64,000 nucleotides of DNA, from positions 232 through 64,231 of the forward strand of contig CAWCVU010000013.1 in assembly GCA_963798975.1 (NCBI GenBank), given 5' to 3'. This stretch comes from an uncultured Gammaproteobacteria bacterium. GTDB taxonomy: Bacteria > Pseudomonadota > Gammaproteobacteria > JABCZS01. The notes under the pieces were generated by a model, which was given only the letters and a program-made list of their open reading frames with translations, had not been told where the DNA came from and did not search any database. Position numbers and translations under genes: made by a program. Of the stretch, positions 55,119-63,479 are shown piece by piece; within the stretch, counting starts at the first letter, position 1; each line of letters begins with the position of its first letter.

Positions 55119-55757
55119 ATGATTGAAATATCTTTAATACAAAAAATTGCCATTAGCATTATCCCCGTGTTATTCGCAATTACCGTACATGAAGTGGCGC
55201 ATGGTTTTGTTGCTGATCGTTTGGGCGATCCAACAGCGCGTATGCTAGGGCGTTTGACCTTAAATCCCATTAAGCATATTGATCCGATAGGTACCCTTTT
55301 GGTTCCTGCGCTTTTACTCTATTTTGGTGGATTTATTTTTGGTTGGGCTAAGCCTGTGCCGATCACCTGGCAAAATTTACGGCATAAAAATAGAGATATT
55401 GCGCTCGTTTCGCTTGCTGGGCCCTTTGTTAATTTACTCATGGCGATCTTCTGGGCGCTGGTATATAAAATTTCTTTAAGCCTAAATCCCCAGCCGATTA
55501 ATTATGCTTATGCTTTGTTAGTGATGAGTCAAATCGGTGTGGTGATTAATATTATTTTAATGGTATTGAATTTAATTCCAATACCACCGCTTGATGGGTC
55601 TCGTGTTGTGAGTAGTTTATTACCGAGTAAAACAGCTTATCAATATGATCGTATAGAACCCTATGGCTTTTTAATATTATTAGCATTAATGGCAACAGGG
55701 CTCTTAAGTTCGATTATGGGTCCATTCGTCGATTTTTTTATTCATTTATTGATCTGA
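55119..55757 (+). CDS. Site-2 protease family (peptidase M50) integral membrane metalloprotease
   Basis: HEVAHGFVA (HExxH) in TM1 and the NLIPIPPLDGSRV motif. Multi-pass membrane protein. Confidence 0.85.
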   Translation: MIEISLIQKIAISIIPVLFAITVHEVAHGFVADRLGDPTARMLGRLTLNPIKHIDPIGTLLVPALLLYFGGFIFGWAKPVPITWQNLRHKNRDIALVSLAGPFVNLLMAIFWALVYKISLSLNPQPINYAYALLVMSQIGVVINIILMVLNLIPIPPLDGSRVVSSLLPSKTAYQYDRIEPYGFLILLALMATGLLSSIMGPFVDFFIHLLI

Positions 55758-55760
55758 GTA

Positions 55761-56258
55761 TTAATGGTGATGGAAGCCGCCGCCGCCGCCGCCATGATAG
55801 CCACCACCGCCGTGATAGCCGCCACTGTGATAGCCACCACCATGATAATGACCGTTATGATAATTTTCATTACCAAAAAAGAATACGCCACCTGGATAAA
55901 AGCCGGGATCGTAATAATAAGGCTCATAGTAATAAGGTTCATTTTCAGGCACGACAACTACATTTGTTCCATTATTTGTAGATGAATAACCCGAGGTAGA
56001 TAGCGAGCTGTATTGAAATACTGCGCCACAATTGTTATCGACCCAAAGGCCGGTGCTGTCTCTACCCCAAGCGCCATTTGCATTACAGTCGCCTTTGACG
56101 GGTTTATTAATACTAATATTACGTTGATCCGCATGCGATAAATTACACCGAGTAAATGCATTGTTTTCTGAAATACAGGTAATCGTTTGATAGGCAAGGG
56201 CGGGCATAGTCGCTAGGCATAATGAGGCCAAAGTAATAGGTTTGAGAATGTTCATCAA
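55761..56258 (-). CDS. Secreted DUF3011-like protein with a Gly/His/Tyr-rich C-terminal tail
   Basis: Signal peptide MMNILKPITLASLCLATMPALA. Cys pattern C-x9-C...C-x5-WG..TGLWVDNNCGAVF is typical of DUF3011. The tail reads YYYEPYYYDPGFYPGG...NGHYHGGGYHSGGYHGGGGYHGGGGGGFHHH. Confidence 0.75.
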   Translation of the reverse strand: MMNILKPITLASLCLATMPALAYQTITCISENNAFTRCNLSHADQRNISINKPVKGDCNANGAWGRDSTGLWVDNNCGAVFQYSSLSTSGYSSTNNGTNVVVVPENEPYYYEPYYYDPGFYPGGVFFFGNENYHNGHYHGGGYHSGGYHGGGGYHGGGGGGFHHH

Positions 56259-56310
56259 TCGCTCCTTAAGCTTTTAGCCTAATTATAGTACATTTTATAA
56301 CTAAATCCAG

Positions 56311-56339
56311 GTAATGCCGCGGTTGATCCGCGGCATTAC
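56311..56339 (-). terminator. GC-rich hairpin after TetR paralog 2
   Basis: GTAATGCCGCGG / CCGCGGCATTAC 12-bp perfect stem with a 5-nt loop, 9 nt past the TetR stop. The U-tract is weak. Confidence 0.5.
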
Positions 56340-56347
56340 AACAGGTC

Positions 56348-56956
56348 TTAGGCAATTTCTTCAAGTTTCACTGGAGCGCTGGCTTTTTGAGTTTGTGCTA
56401 TTTTATCAAGCCATACACTTACAGTTGCTTTTAATTGCACAAGGATTTTGGGATCCTTAAAGGTATGGGTTAATAAAGCGTTACCTTGAATCATCGCCAC
56501 AAATTGTATAGCCAGATTGCGCGAAGCATCCTTCATGCCCATGGCAGCAAATTGTTTTTCAACCCAAAGTAAAGTATCACTCATTAATTTTGCTGCGCCA
56601 TCTGCTAAAGATCCACCTTGTTTGGCTAATTCTTGACATAATCCACCTACAGGGCAGCCACTGTCTACGATAGGCTGAGCACCGTCAATTTGCGCTTGTA
56701 CATAAGCCAGCAAACGATCTTTAACTTGGGCTGTCTTTTCAAAGTCTTGTAAGGCTTCATGCAACTCGCGTGAACGATTTGCAATAACAGCTTCAGCAAT
56801 AGATTCTTTAGTTTTAAAATAATAATAAACATTACCCAATGGCACATCTGCTTCTTGCGCAATATCGGCTAGAGTGCTTAAATTAAAACCTTGTTTATGA
56901 ATTAATGCCTTTGCGGCGTCTACTAAACGAACACGTTTATCTGATGTGCGGGCCAT
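56348..56956 (-). CDS. TetR/AcrR family transcriptional regulator (paralog 2)
   Basis: The same HTH and overall sequence as 24761..25372. Divergent from the enolase-superfamily gene. Confidence 0.9.
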   Translation of the reverse strand: MARTSDKRVRLVDAAKALIHKQGFNLSTLADIAQEADVPLGNVYYYFKTKESIAEAVIANRSRELHEALQDFEKTAQVKDRLLAYVQAQIDGAQPIVDSGCPVGGLCQELAKQGGSLADGAAKLMSDTLLWVEKQFAAMGMKDASRNLAIQFVAMIQGNALLTHTFKDPKILVQLKATVSVWLDKIAQTQKASAPVKLEEIA

Positions 56957-56993
56957 AATTGTATCCTCTTTTATTGTTATGGAAAATACAATT

Positions 56994-57059
56994 TACCAGA
57001 GTCAAATGAATAACACAATGGCGAAATTGCGTGACTTTTTGTGAGATATGGCTTACAAA
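56994..57059 (-). promoter_or_regulatory. Conserved non-coding block upstream of TetR paralog 2 (shared with paralog 1), in the divergent promoter region
   Basis: The reverse complement reads TTTGTAAGCCATATCTCACA ... ATTGTGTTA ... TTTGACTCTGGTA, colinear with 24493-24558. Confidence 0.4.
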
Positions 57060-57119
57060 GGGGTGTAATAACGATACAATTAAGTTAAAATAAATAGTTA
57101 TAAAAATATTAGGAATATA

Positions 57120-58298
57120 ATGCACATCACCTACGTTGAAATATTTGATATAGAATGTCCAAAACGACCTAAATGGCATCCAGTATTTGTGCGCATTCAT
57201 ACCGATGAAGGTATCAGTGGTGTGGGTGAAGCAGGGCTTGCTTATGATTGGGGACACAGCGCCGCTGCCCATTTAATTAAAGAAATTGCATCGGCGATGT
57301 TGATGGGTTTTGATCCTTTTAAAACTGAATTATTATGGTCACGCATGTTACGTGAAAGTTTTTGGGGTTTAGGCGGAGGTCCGGTGATTTATGCCGCGAT
57401 GAGTGCGATAGATACGGCATTATGGGATATTAAAGGCAAAGCACTTAATGTACCGGTTTATCAATTATTGGGCGGAAAAACTACAGATCGTTTGCGCACC
57501 TATGCAAGTCAATTACAATTTGATTGGGACAACGAAACACGCGCGCTTATTGATCCTGACGATTATGCAAAAGCAGCACAAAAGGCAATAAAAGAAGGCT
57601 ATGATTGCGTTAAAGTGAATCCCATGTTTTATGATAAAGACGGGAAAACACAATTCAATCTGACTAATATTTTTAAACAAGAAGAATTACGTTTATACAA
57701 AAATCGCTTGCAAGCCATAAGAGATGCCGTGGGTCCCGATGTGGATATTTTGATTGAATGTCATAGTTTACTTAGCCCAACGTCGGCCATTCAATTTGCA
57801 CAAGTGGCTGAAGAATTAAATTGTATGTTTTATGAAGAACCGGTTAATTATTTAAATCCTGCTTTGCATCAACAGGTGGCTCATAAAATTCGTATTCCTA
57901 CCGCTGCAGGTGAGCGTTTATACACTCGCAATGGCGTGCGGCCCTATTTAGAATCACAAAGTGTCGCAGTCTTGCAACCCGATATTGGTTTGTGTGGCGG
58001 ATTTACAGAAACTAAAAAAGTATGTGATTATGCGGATTTATATAATGTTTCTATTCAAGCACATGTCTGTGGCGGACCGATAGCCACTGCAGCTGCGCTG
58101 CATTTAGAAGCTGCGATTCCTAATTTTTTAATACACGAACATCATACTTATGCGACCAAAGATTGGAATAGAGAATTATGTATACCTGATCTTCAACCTA
58201 CACAAGGCTATTTTCAAGTGCCCGATACGATAGGCTTGGGCATAGAATTAAATGACCCGATAGTTAACCGATCTCACGTAATGACAGTAAGGAAATAA
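57120..58298 (+). CDS. Enolase-superfamily enzyme (mandelate racemase / muconate lactonizing family, acid-sugar dehydratase-like)
   Basis: N-terminal capping domain (VFVRIHTDEGISGVGEA), AIDTALWDIKGK, and barrel-domain acidic ligands in DILIECH, YEEP and AAGER. 392 aa. Confidence 0.85.
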   Translation: MHITYVEIFDIECPKRPKWHPVFVRIHTDEGISGVGEAGLAYDWGHSAAAHLIKEIASAMLMGFDPFKTELLWSRMLRESFWGLGGGPVIYAAMSAIDTALWDIKGKALNVPVYQLLGGKTTDRLRTYASQLQFDWDNETRALIDPDDYAKAAQKAIKEGYDCVKVNPMFYDKDGKTQFNLTNIFKQEELRLYKNRLQAIRDAVGPDVDILIECHSLLSPTSAIQFAQVAEELNCMFYEEPVNYLNPALHQQVAHKIRIPTAAGERLYTRNGVRPYLESQSVAVLQPDIGLCGGFTETKKVCDYADLYNVSIQAHVCGGPIATAAALHLEAAIPNFLIHEHHTYATKDWNRELCIPDLQPTQGYFQVPDTIGLGIELNDPIVNRSHVMTVRK

Positions 58299-59284
58299 TG
58301 ATGAACTTAAAAAAAATATTTATTATAGGATTAGGTCTTTGTTTATCCATGATGGCACAAGCTGATCCTGTGCATTATATGGAAATGCATAAAAAACCTT
58401 CTACCGTAGCGATTACCATGATGGTAGAACGTTTAGAATTAACTCAAGCCTATGAGGGTATTATCGCCGGTTTGAAAGCAGAAGGCTATCAAGAGAGTGA
58501 AAATTTAAAAATTATTTATAAAAATGCTAATGGCGATCTTAAAATGGCGGATCAAATCGCAGAAGATTTTGTAACCCTAAAACCCGACTTGATGATACCC
58601 ATTTCAACAGCCTCCGCACAAGCCATAATTAATGCAGATAAAAAGGCACAAATTCCTGTGGTTTTTACCGCCATTACTGATCCCGTTGCAGCAAAATTAG
58701 TGCCTTCATTAATACAACCTGGCGGTCATGTCACAGGTGTTTATGACTTCCCGCCCATTGTGGAACAAGTTAAATTAATGTATGAAATTTCACCTCAAAT
58801 TAAAAATTTAGGCATTATCTATAATACCCGTGAAATCAACTCGATCCGCATGGTTGAGGAGCTCATTAAAGCCCTTCCTGCATCAATAAATATTGTAAAA
58901 GCACGGGTAGATTCAAGTAAAGATGTGACCACAGCTACCGATTATTTATTAGGGAAAGTCGATGCGATTTATATCCCATCTGATAATACCGTAGTGGCTA
59001 ATATCAAAGAGGTATTAAATGTAACCATGGAACATAAAATACCCGTATACACCAGCGAGCAGGGCACTGTAGAGCTGGGTGCACTTGCCGCAATTGCCTT
59101 TGATCAATATGAAGTCGGGTATATGGCGGGCAGAATGGCCGGGCAAATCTTGTATGGTAAAAAAGCAGGAACCCTCGATGTAGTCAAACCCTTGCATGCC
59201 TTTACTTATATTAATACGCAGACGGCTGCGAAATTAGCTATTCAGCTTCCAGAACATATATTAAAGTCAGCTGTCCTGATGTAA
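58298..59284 (+). CDS. ABC-transporter substrate-binding protein (ABC_sub_bind/BMP-like), intact paralog; no permease or ATPase adjacent
   Basis: Signal peptide, then a periplasmic-binding fold colinear with the split gene at 33567..34551. The start overlaps the enolase-family stop (TAATG). Confidence 0.8.
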   Translation: MMNLKKIFIIGLGLCLSMMAQADPVHYMEMHKKPSTVAITMMVERLELTQAYEGIIAGLKAEGYQESENLKIIYKNANGDLKMADQIAEDFVTLKPDLMIPISTASAQAIINADKKAQIPVVFTAITDPVAAKLVPSLIQPGGHVTGVYDFPPIVEQVKLMYEISPQIKNLGIIYNTREINSIRMVEELIKALPASINIVKARVDSSKDVTTATDYLLGKVDAIYIPSDNTVVANIKEVLNVTMEHKIPVYTSEQGTVELGALAAIAFDQYEVGYMAGRMAGQILYGKKAGTLDVVKPLHAFTYINTQTAAKLAIQLPEHILKSAVLM

Positions 59285-59335
59285 AAAACAGACCTTATTG
59301 TAAAAATACTTATAATTCAATAAGTTACAAATAAA

Positions 59336-59364
59336 TTGACTATTTGTTAGTTTGCTGGTAAAAT
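59336..59364 (+). promoter_or_regulatory. Sigma-70-type promoter for the 575-aa orphan ORF
   Basis: TTGACT (59336-59341), a 17-bp spacer, then TAAAAT (59359-59364). Confidence 0.5.
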
Positions 59365-59380
59365 CGAGTCATTATTATTT

Positions 59381-61108
59381 GTGGAAATAGAAATGAAGTT
59401 TCTTGAGCGATTAGCAAAACAAAAAAACACCTCATCCAACGTAATTGTCAATTCAAGGAATCGGCACGCTATTGTCCTTGGTATTTTAGAAAATAAAGAC
59501 AAAGACCAAGTAAAAGCAATGATTGAATCAGACAACTATGATTTTATACGCCGTTTAATTATCAGTGATGACGTTCAAGTTTTTGATAAAACATTAATAT
59601 TTATTAAAGAAAACAACATGAATATTGTTTCACTACTTCCTGCTATGATCGCACAAGCCACTGTACTGCGCAAATCAAAAATTTTATTTAGTTTATTTTT
59701 CTTATGCGCGGAAGCTGATATAGATTTTTGGAGTGTTTTTGATCAAGATTTAATAAAAAATGATTCTGACTCTGTTGTTTTCTTAGTATCCTTTTATTTT
59801 TATATCGTTTATAAGTGCGATAATGTCAAAAGAATATCAGAAGCAGAAGAGTATCTTGATTCGCAGTTAACACAAATAGATAAATTTTCTGAAACCTTCT
59901 GTGATAATCCACATGCAAACTCAAATTTTTTACATTCAAGGGGAATGGGTCGGGAATTTATAAAGGGCGTGAATGACGCTTTTGCAAAATGTAGAAAAGT
60001 AATTACTGCAACGGATGGCTTTATAAAAGATCAGCTTGCCAATAAAGATCCTAGAGAAAACTTTGAAAAATTTATGGCTGATGAAGATCAAAAAATCAGT
60101 TTAAATCGGTGGCTAAACGTTGAAAACAAAACTAGAATAGAAAACTTTATGAGGCATGACAATTATAGATTTATGCGTTTTGTTGTTTTAAGCGGAAATG
60201 TTGAGCTTCTTGTAGGTATAAAAAATGTGCTTACTGAGGATGAATATGAAAAGGCGATCCCTGTTATTTTGAGCACTGCTTGCGAGCGCAGCAATAGTGA
60301 AATGGTGGAAGAAATAATTAAAGATAACAATCTGCCCCTTTTTCAGTGTCTTTTAGAAAATAACGGTGCGCTGGCAACAGCCCTATATGAAAAACAAGAA
60401 GTTGAAATACTGATGTTTTTTCTTAAATACGCTGCTTATAACGGATTGAGTTCCACAGAGGATACAGAGAAATTTAGTTTGTTTTTAAAAGAGAACCCAA
60501 AAATAAGTGATTTTTTTACATTCTGTGTTGCTTTGTATAAAATTTATGATGCTGGGGCCTATCGTGAAAATCTCATCACATCAATTCGTACCCAAGCAGA
60601 AACTAGACTTGATGGTCCAGCGATGCTGCGTGCCATTGACTATTATCAACAAGAGTTAACCAGAGCTTGTGAATCTAAAGATAAAAATAAAGTAGAGAAA
60701 ATATTAATAGGGCGAACGCCGTCTATTATTTTAAACGATTTTTTAGTAAATGACTATGCACTCTTAAGACTTGTTTGTAAAAATCAAACATATTTTATAC
60801 TTGAACTATTACTTCGCGCAGCTTATGAACAAGAGAACATCGATGCGGCTTGTCATCAATTATTAGCAGATCCTAAGCTTAAAGAAGAATCTGTAGTTAA
60901 AGCACTGGTGGTTTGTCAATATGTTCAACAGTTTCAATACGCTAAAGCCCAAAGCCCAGAAACTTTAAAATCAAAACTAGAAGCAGCAAAGCAAGCCAAA
61001 AATGCACTTGAAAATAAAGAATTATCTATAGCGCATTTACCAGATTCAGCAAGAGAAGGCTGGATTGAAGGAATAGATCTGGCTATTGGTAGATATAACT
61101 TAGCGTAA
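59381..61108 (+). CDS. Orphan 575-aa protein with three degenerate ankyrin-like modules; effector-like
   Basis: Repeats about 200 aa apart: SDNYDFIRRLIISDDVQVF, HDNYRFMRFVVLSGNVELLVGI and VNDYALLRLVCKNQTYFILELLL. The start is GTG 59381 or ATG 59393. Confidence 0.7.
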   Translation: MEIEMKFLERLAKQKNTSSNVIVNSRNRHAIVLGILENKDKDQVKAMIESDNYDFIRRLIISDDVQVFDKTLIFIKENNMNIVSLLPAMIAQATVLRKSKILFSLFFLCAEADIDFWSVFDQDLIKNDSDSVVFLVSFYFYIVYKCDNVKRISEAEEYLDSQLTQIDKFSETFCDNPHANSNFLHSRGMGREFIKGVNDAFAKCRKVITATDGFIKDQLANKDPRENFEKFMADEDQKISLNRWLNVENKTRIENFMRHDNYRFMRFVVLSGNVELLVGIKNVLTEDEYEKAIPVILSTACERSNSEMVEEIIKDNNLPLFQCLLENNGALATALYEKQEVEILMFFLKYAAYNGLSSTEDTEKFSLFLKENPKISDFFTFCVALYKIYDAGAYRENLITSIRTQAETRLDGPAMLRAIDYYQQELTRACESKDKNKVEKILIGRTPSIILNDFLVNDYALLRLVCKNQTYFILELLLRAAYEQENIDAACHQLLADPKLKEESVVKALVVCQYVQQFQYAKAQSPETLKSKLEAAKQAKNALENKELSIAHLPDSAREGWIEGIDLAIGRYNLA

Positions 61109-61124
61109 TCGTGATGTAAAAACA

Positions 61125-61157
61125 AATAACCCCAATCGTTAAACCATTGGGGTTATT
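61125..61157. terminator. Bidirectional rho-independent terminator between convergent genes
   Basis: AATAACCCCAAT / ATTGGGGTTATT 12-bp stem with a 9-nt loop. A T-run follows on the plus strand and an A-rich run precedes it. Confidence 0.75.
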
Positions 61158-61172
61158 TTTAGGCACTTGTTG

Positions 61173-61644
61173 TTATTCAAATAGGCTGGTTGAGGGTGCC
61201 AATACCACGGTTGTAATGGTTTCACATGAAAAATGAACATGACCATTTTCCACCACATGACGAAGTTCAAGCATAGGGTTTCCAGTCCATACTTCATCTG
61301 CTACACCAACGCCAGCTCTTGCGATATGCACAGCATCAATCTGACATGCTTCTTTATTTAAAAACGAAATATAAAAAGTTTCATCGCCTTTTTCTATTTC
61401 AACAGTTTTTAAATGAACAGCGCCACCTTGAATATTGACAGGAATACTTACTGGAGTATTCGCCTACGCTTGGATAATCTAAACAGACATCATCTTGGCA
61501 GACTTCAAAGGTATAATCGTACCCGACATCTCCGCCAGGTGCGCCTACATAATAAGTAGTCCCGGGAATGGTTTCTTCAGCATGCGCGCTCATCGTAAAC
61601 AAAGCTGCAAGTGTTAATAAACTTAAGTTTGATTTTTTTGACAT
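61173..61644 (-). pseudogene. Small secreted protein (about 157 aa) split by a frameshift near 61455-61470
   Basis: ORF 61399..61644 gives signal peptide MSKKSNLSLLTLAALFTMSAHA and then ...DYPSVGEY, before running into nonsense. The next frame reads TPVSIPVNIQGGAVHLKTVEIEKGDETFYISFLNKEACQIDAVHIARAGVGVADEVWTGNPMLELRHVVENGHVHFSCETITTVVLAPSTSLFE and stops at 61173-61175. Confidence 0.55.
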
Positions 61645-61681
61645 TTTGATTTTCCTTGTTAGTTAAAATTGATTATGAATG

Positions 61682-63097
61682 TTATTGAAGGTCAGCACTT
61701 ATCAAACTGTCTGTAAACGTGCTAGATAATAGACAGGTCATGCCTTGCAGGTATGCACTATTACTGCTGCCATTAGCACCGGCATCAAAGAAACAGCCAG
61801 ACGCGGGTAGGGTCAGTGTAGAAGGTGTAGACCAAGTATTGGTATTCACACTATCTAGATTTTCAAAGACGATAGGTTCATAATTATAGGTTGTTATATC
61901 AAATCCCATGCCAGTAGCACTGCAAGACAGTGTTGTGTCTGAAGATGTGCAACTGGTTCCCACTAGTACTGCAACAGCATAGTTGCTTGTTACAGTTTCA
62001 AGTGTCCAAGTTTGACCATTGTCTAAGCTCTTTAATATGAGGGGATCACCGCTGGTTGTATCTTCTCCCACCGCAACACATACCGATTCGGTGTCATTGC
62101 TTGCGCAGTCAACGCTAAAAAGTTGTGCCGTCAAATTTTCAGGGATACGGGTAGGCACTGCCCAATCAGACAAAGTAGTTGCACTTAGATTTGAATTAAC
62201 ATAAATCATGGGTAGGGACGGACTATCATTTGTCGTTCCCACAGCTATGCAAAGTAAGTTATTGCTTGTAGCATTGCAGGTGGCTCCCAAAAACGCATAA
62301 GTATTGTCACCCCAATCGGCACTGCTATAAATTTCATCACTGCTTTGCCAGTAATTGCTGCTAGCCGTTAAAAAAGCACCGTCATCATTGACCCCTATAG
62401 CGATACAGCTATCATTAGCACAGGCAGAATTTAAGAATACGACATCGAAAAAATTATCCGGGCTCATGATGGTATTATCAGCAACGATAAAACCAAAAGG
62501 TTTAATAGCACCATAATTAAATCCTGCGCTGATACAATTATTACCGCAAGCTGTAGTAAATAAACTAGAATATTTTGAAGGGTAAGGATTGCTAGCTGTC
62601 CAAGTATTCCCACCATCAGTAGTTTCTAAAATAAGTGCACCGGCTGTTAAGCTGCCTACTGCACTATCAAGTTCGCCCACCACCCAACAATTGGCGCTAG
62701 CACCATCACCTGTACAGGCAACGCTGATTAAATTGCCTGCGCTGGGTAAACCTACAGCACTTAAATCGGGTTCTGCCCAAGTGACACCACCGTCTTGGCT
62801 GATAAATAATAAAGTATTAGAACTGCCAGAAGAGGTATCATTGCCCACAGCAAGGCAGACTGAAGTTGTTGTATCGCCACTGCAGGTGCCCGCGCTAAAT
62901 GATCGATCAGTGACGTTAGGTACAGTTTGTGTGGTCCAGTTGTCTGCACCATCATTAATAGCAAGTAAGGGTAGGGTTGAAGTAGGGGCAGTGCCATCAC
63001 TAGGTATGACGACTTGTTGTCCAGTCAGCACGTAGGCTTGACTTAGGCTAATGCAGGCTAAGAATACAGCTAAGATACGAAAAATCTGTTTAAACAT
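61682..63097 (-). CDS. Secreted beta-propeller protein with BNR/Asp-box repeats and a paired-cysteine motif in each blade
   Basis: Signal peptide MFKQIFRILAVFLACISLSQA. Asp-boxes SQDGGVTWAEP, TTDGGNTWTAS and SLDNGQTWTLE. Recurring C-x(2-8)-C-[IVLW]-[AV]-[AIV]-G units include CSGDTTTSVCLAVG, CTGDGASANCWVVG, CANDSCIAIG, CNATSNNLLCIAVG and CASNDTESVCVAVG. Confidence 0.75.
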   Translation of the reverse strand: MFKQIFRILAVFLACISLSQAYVLTGQQVVIPSDGTAPTSTLPLLAINDGADNWTTQTVPNVTDRSFSAGTCSGDTTTSVCLAVGNDTSSGSSNTLLFISQDGGVTWAEPDLSAVGLPSAGNLISVACTGDGASANCWVVGELDSAVGSLTAGALILETTDGGNTWTASNPYPSKYSSLFTTACGNNCISAGFNYGAIKPFGFIVADNTIMSPDNFFDVVFLNSACANDSCIAIGVNDDGAFLTASSNYWQSSDEIYSSADWGDNTYAFLGATCNATSNNLLCIAVGTTNDSPSLPMIYVNSNLSATTLSDWAVPTRIPENLTAQLFSVDCASNDTESVCVAVGEDTTSGDPLILKSLDNGQTWTLETVTSNYAVAVLVGTSCTSSDTTLSCSATGMGFDITTYNYEPIVFENLDSVNTNTWSTPSTLTLPASGCFFDAGANGSSNSAYLQGMTCLLSSTFTDSLISADLQ

Positions 63098-63196
63098 TTC
63101 AATACTCCTATGTTAACGAATGCATAATCGCATCATAAGAGTCGGCCCAATGATTTGAAATCTTAAATGTATCTTAAAAAGCTGTTAGTTTTTTGA

Positions 63197-63394
63197 CTAT
63201 ATGAAATTATTTTTCATTGGCATAGCCGTTGGCTTGATCGGCTTCCATTTCCAATAAATGCTGTTCTTTATCAGTAATGTATTGCGTGTCAGCGACTTCG
63301 CTGTCGTGTAAATCTTCATTACTATCGTATATTGGGGAACGCCACAGGCCGCTAATAACAAGCTAGAGAGAGAAATAAAAATTATATTTTTCAT
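63197..63394 (-). CDS. Small lipoprotein (possible frameshift at a C-run just after the lipobox)
   Basis: RBS AAGGAAAA. MKNIIFISLSSLLLAAC contains the lipobox LAAC. After CGVP, an alternative frame reads PIYDSNEDLHDSEVADTQYITDKEQHLLEMEADQANGYANEK, stops at 63207-63209, and looks more protein-like than the annotated frame. The run GGGG lies at 63334-63337 on the plus strand. Confidence 0.5.
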   Translation of the reverse strand: MKNIIFISLSSLLLAACGVPQYTIVMKIYTTAKSLTRNTLLIKNSIYWKWKPIKPTAMPMKNNFI

Positions 63395-63479
63395 AATGTA
63401 GATTTTCCTTAAATAAATAAGTATAACAGGGTTTTACAAATTCCATATAATATGTTAGTGTTCGTGTCGTAGTAATAGG

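Noticed and set aside
55742-56197. ORFs 55764..55985(+), 55742..55957(-) and 55958..56197(-), overlapping the DUF3011 gene.
   Set aside because: These are mirror or alternative-frame ORFs produced by GC-rich Gly/His/Tyr triplet repeats. Only the 55761..56258(-) frame has a signal peptide and the DUF3011 cysteine pattern.
24761-56956. The inverted TetR paralogs considered as the ends of a composite mobile element or a recent large inversion.
   Set aside because: The paralogs are only moderately similar at nucleotide level. They are regulators rather than transposases, have no terminal inverted repeats or target duplications, and enclose core biosynthetic operons. An old gene duplication is the simpler reading.
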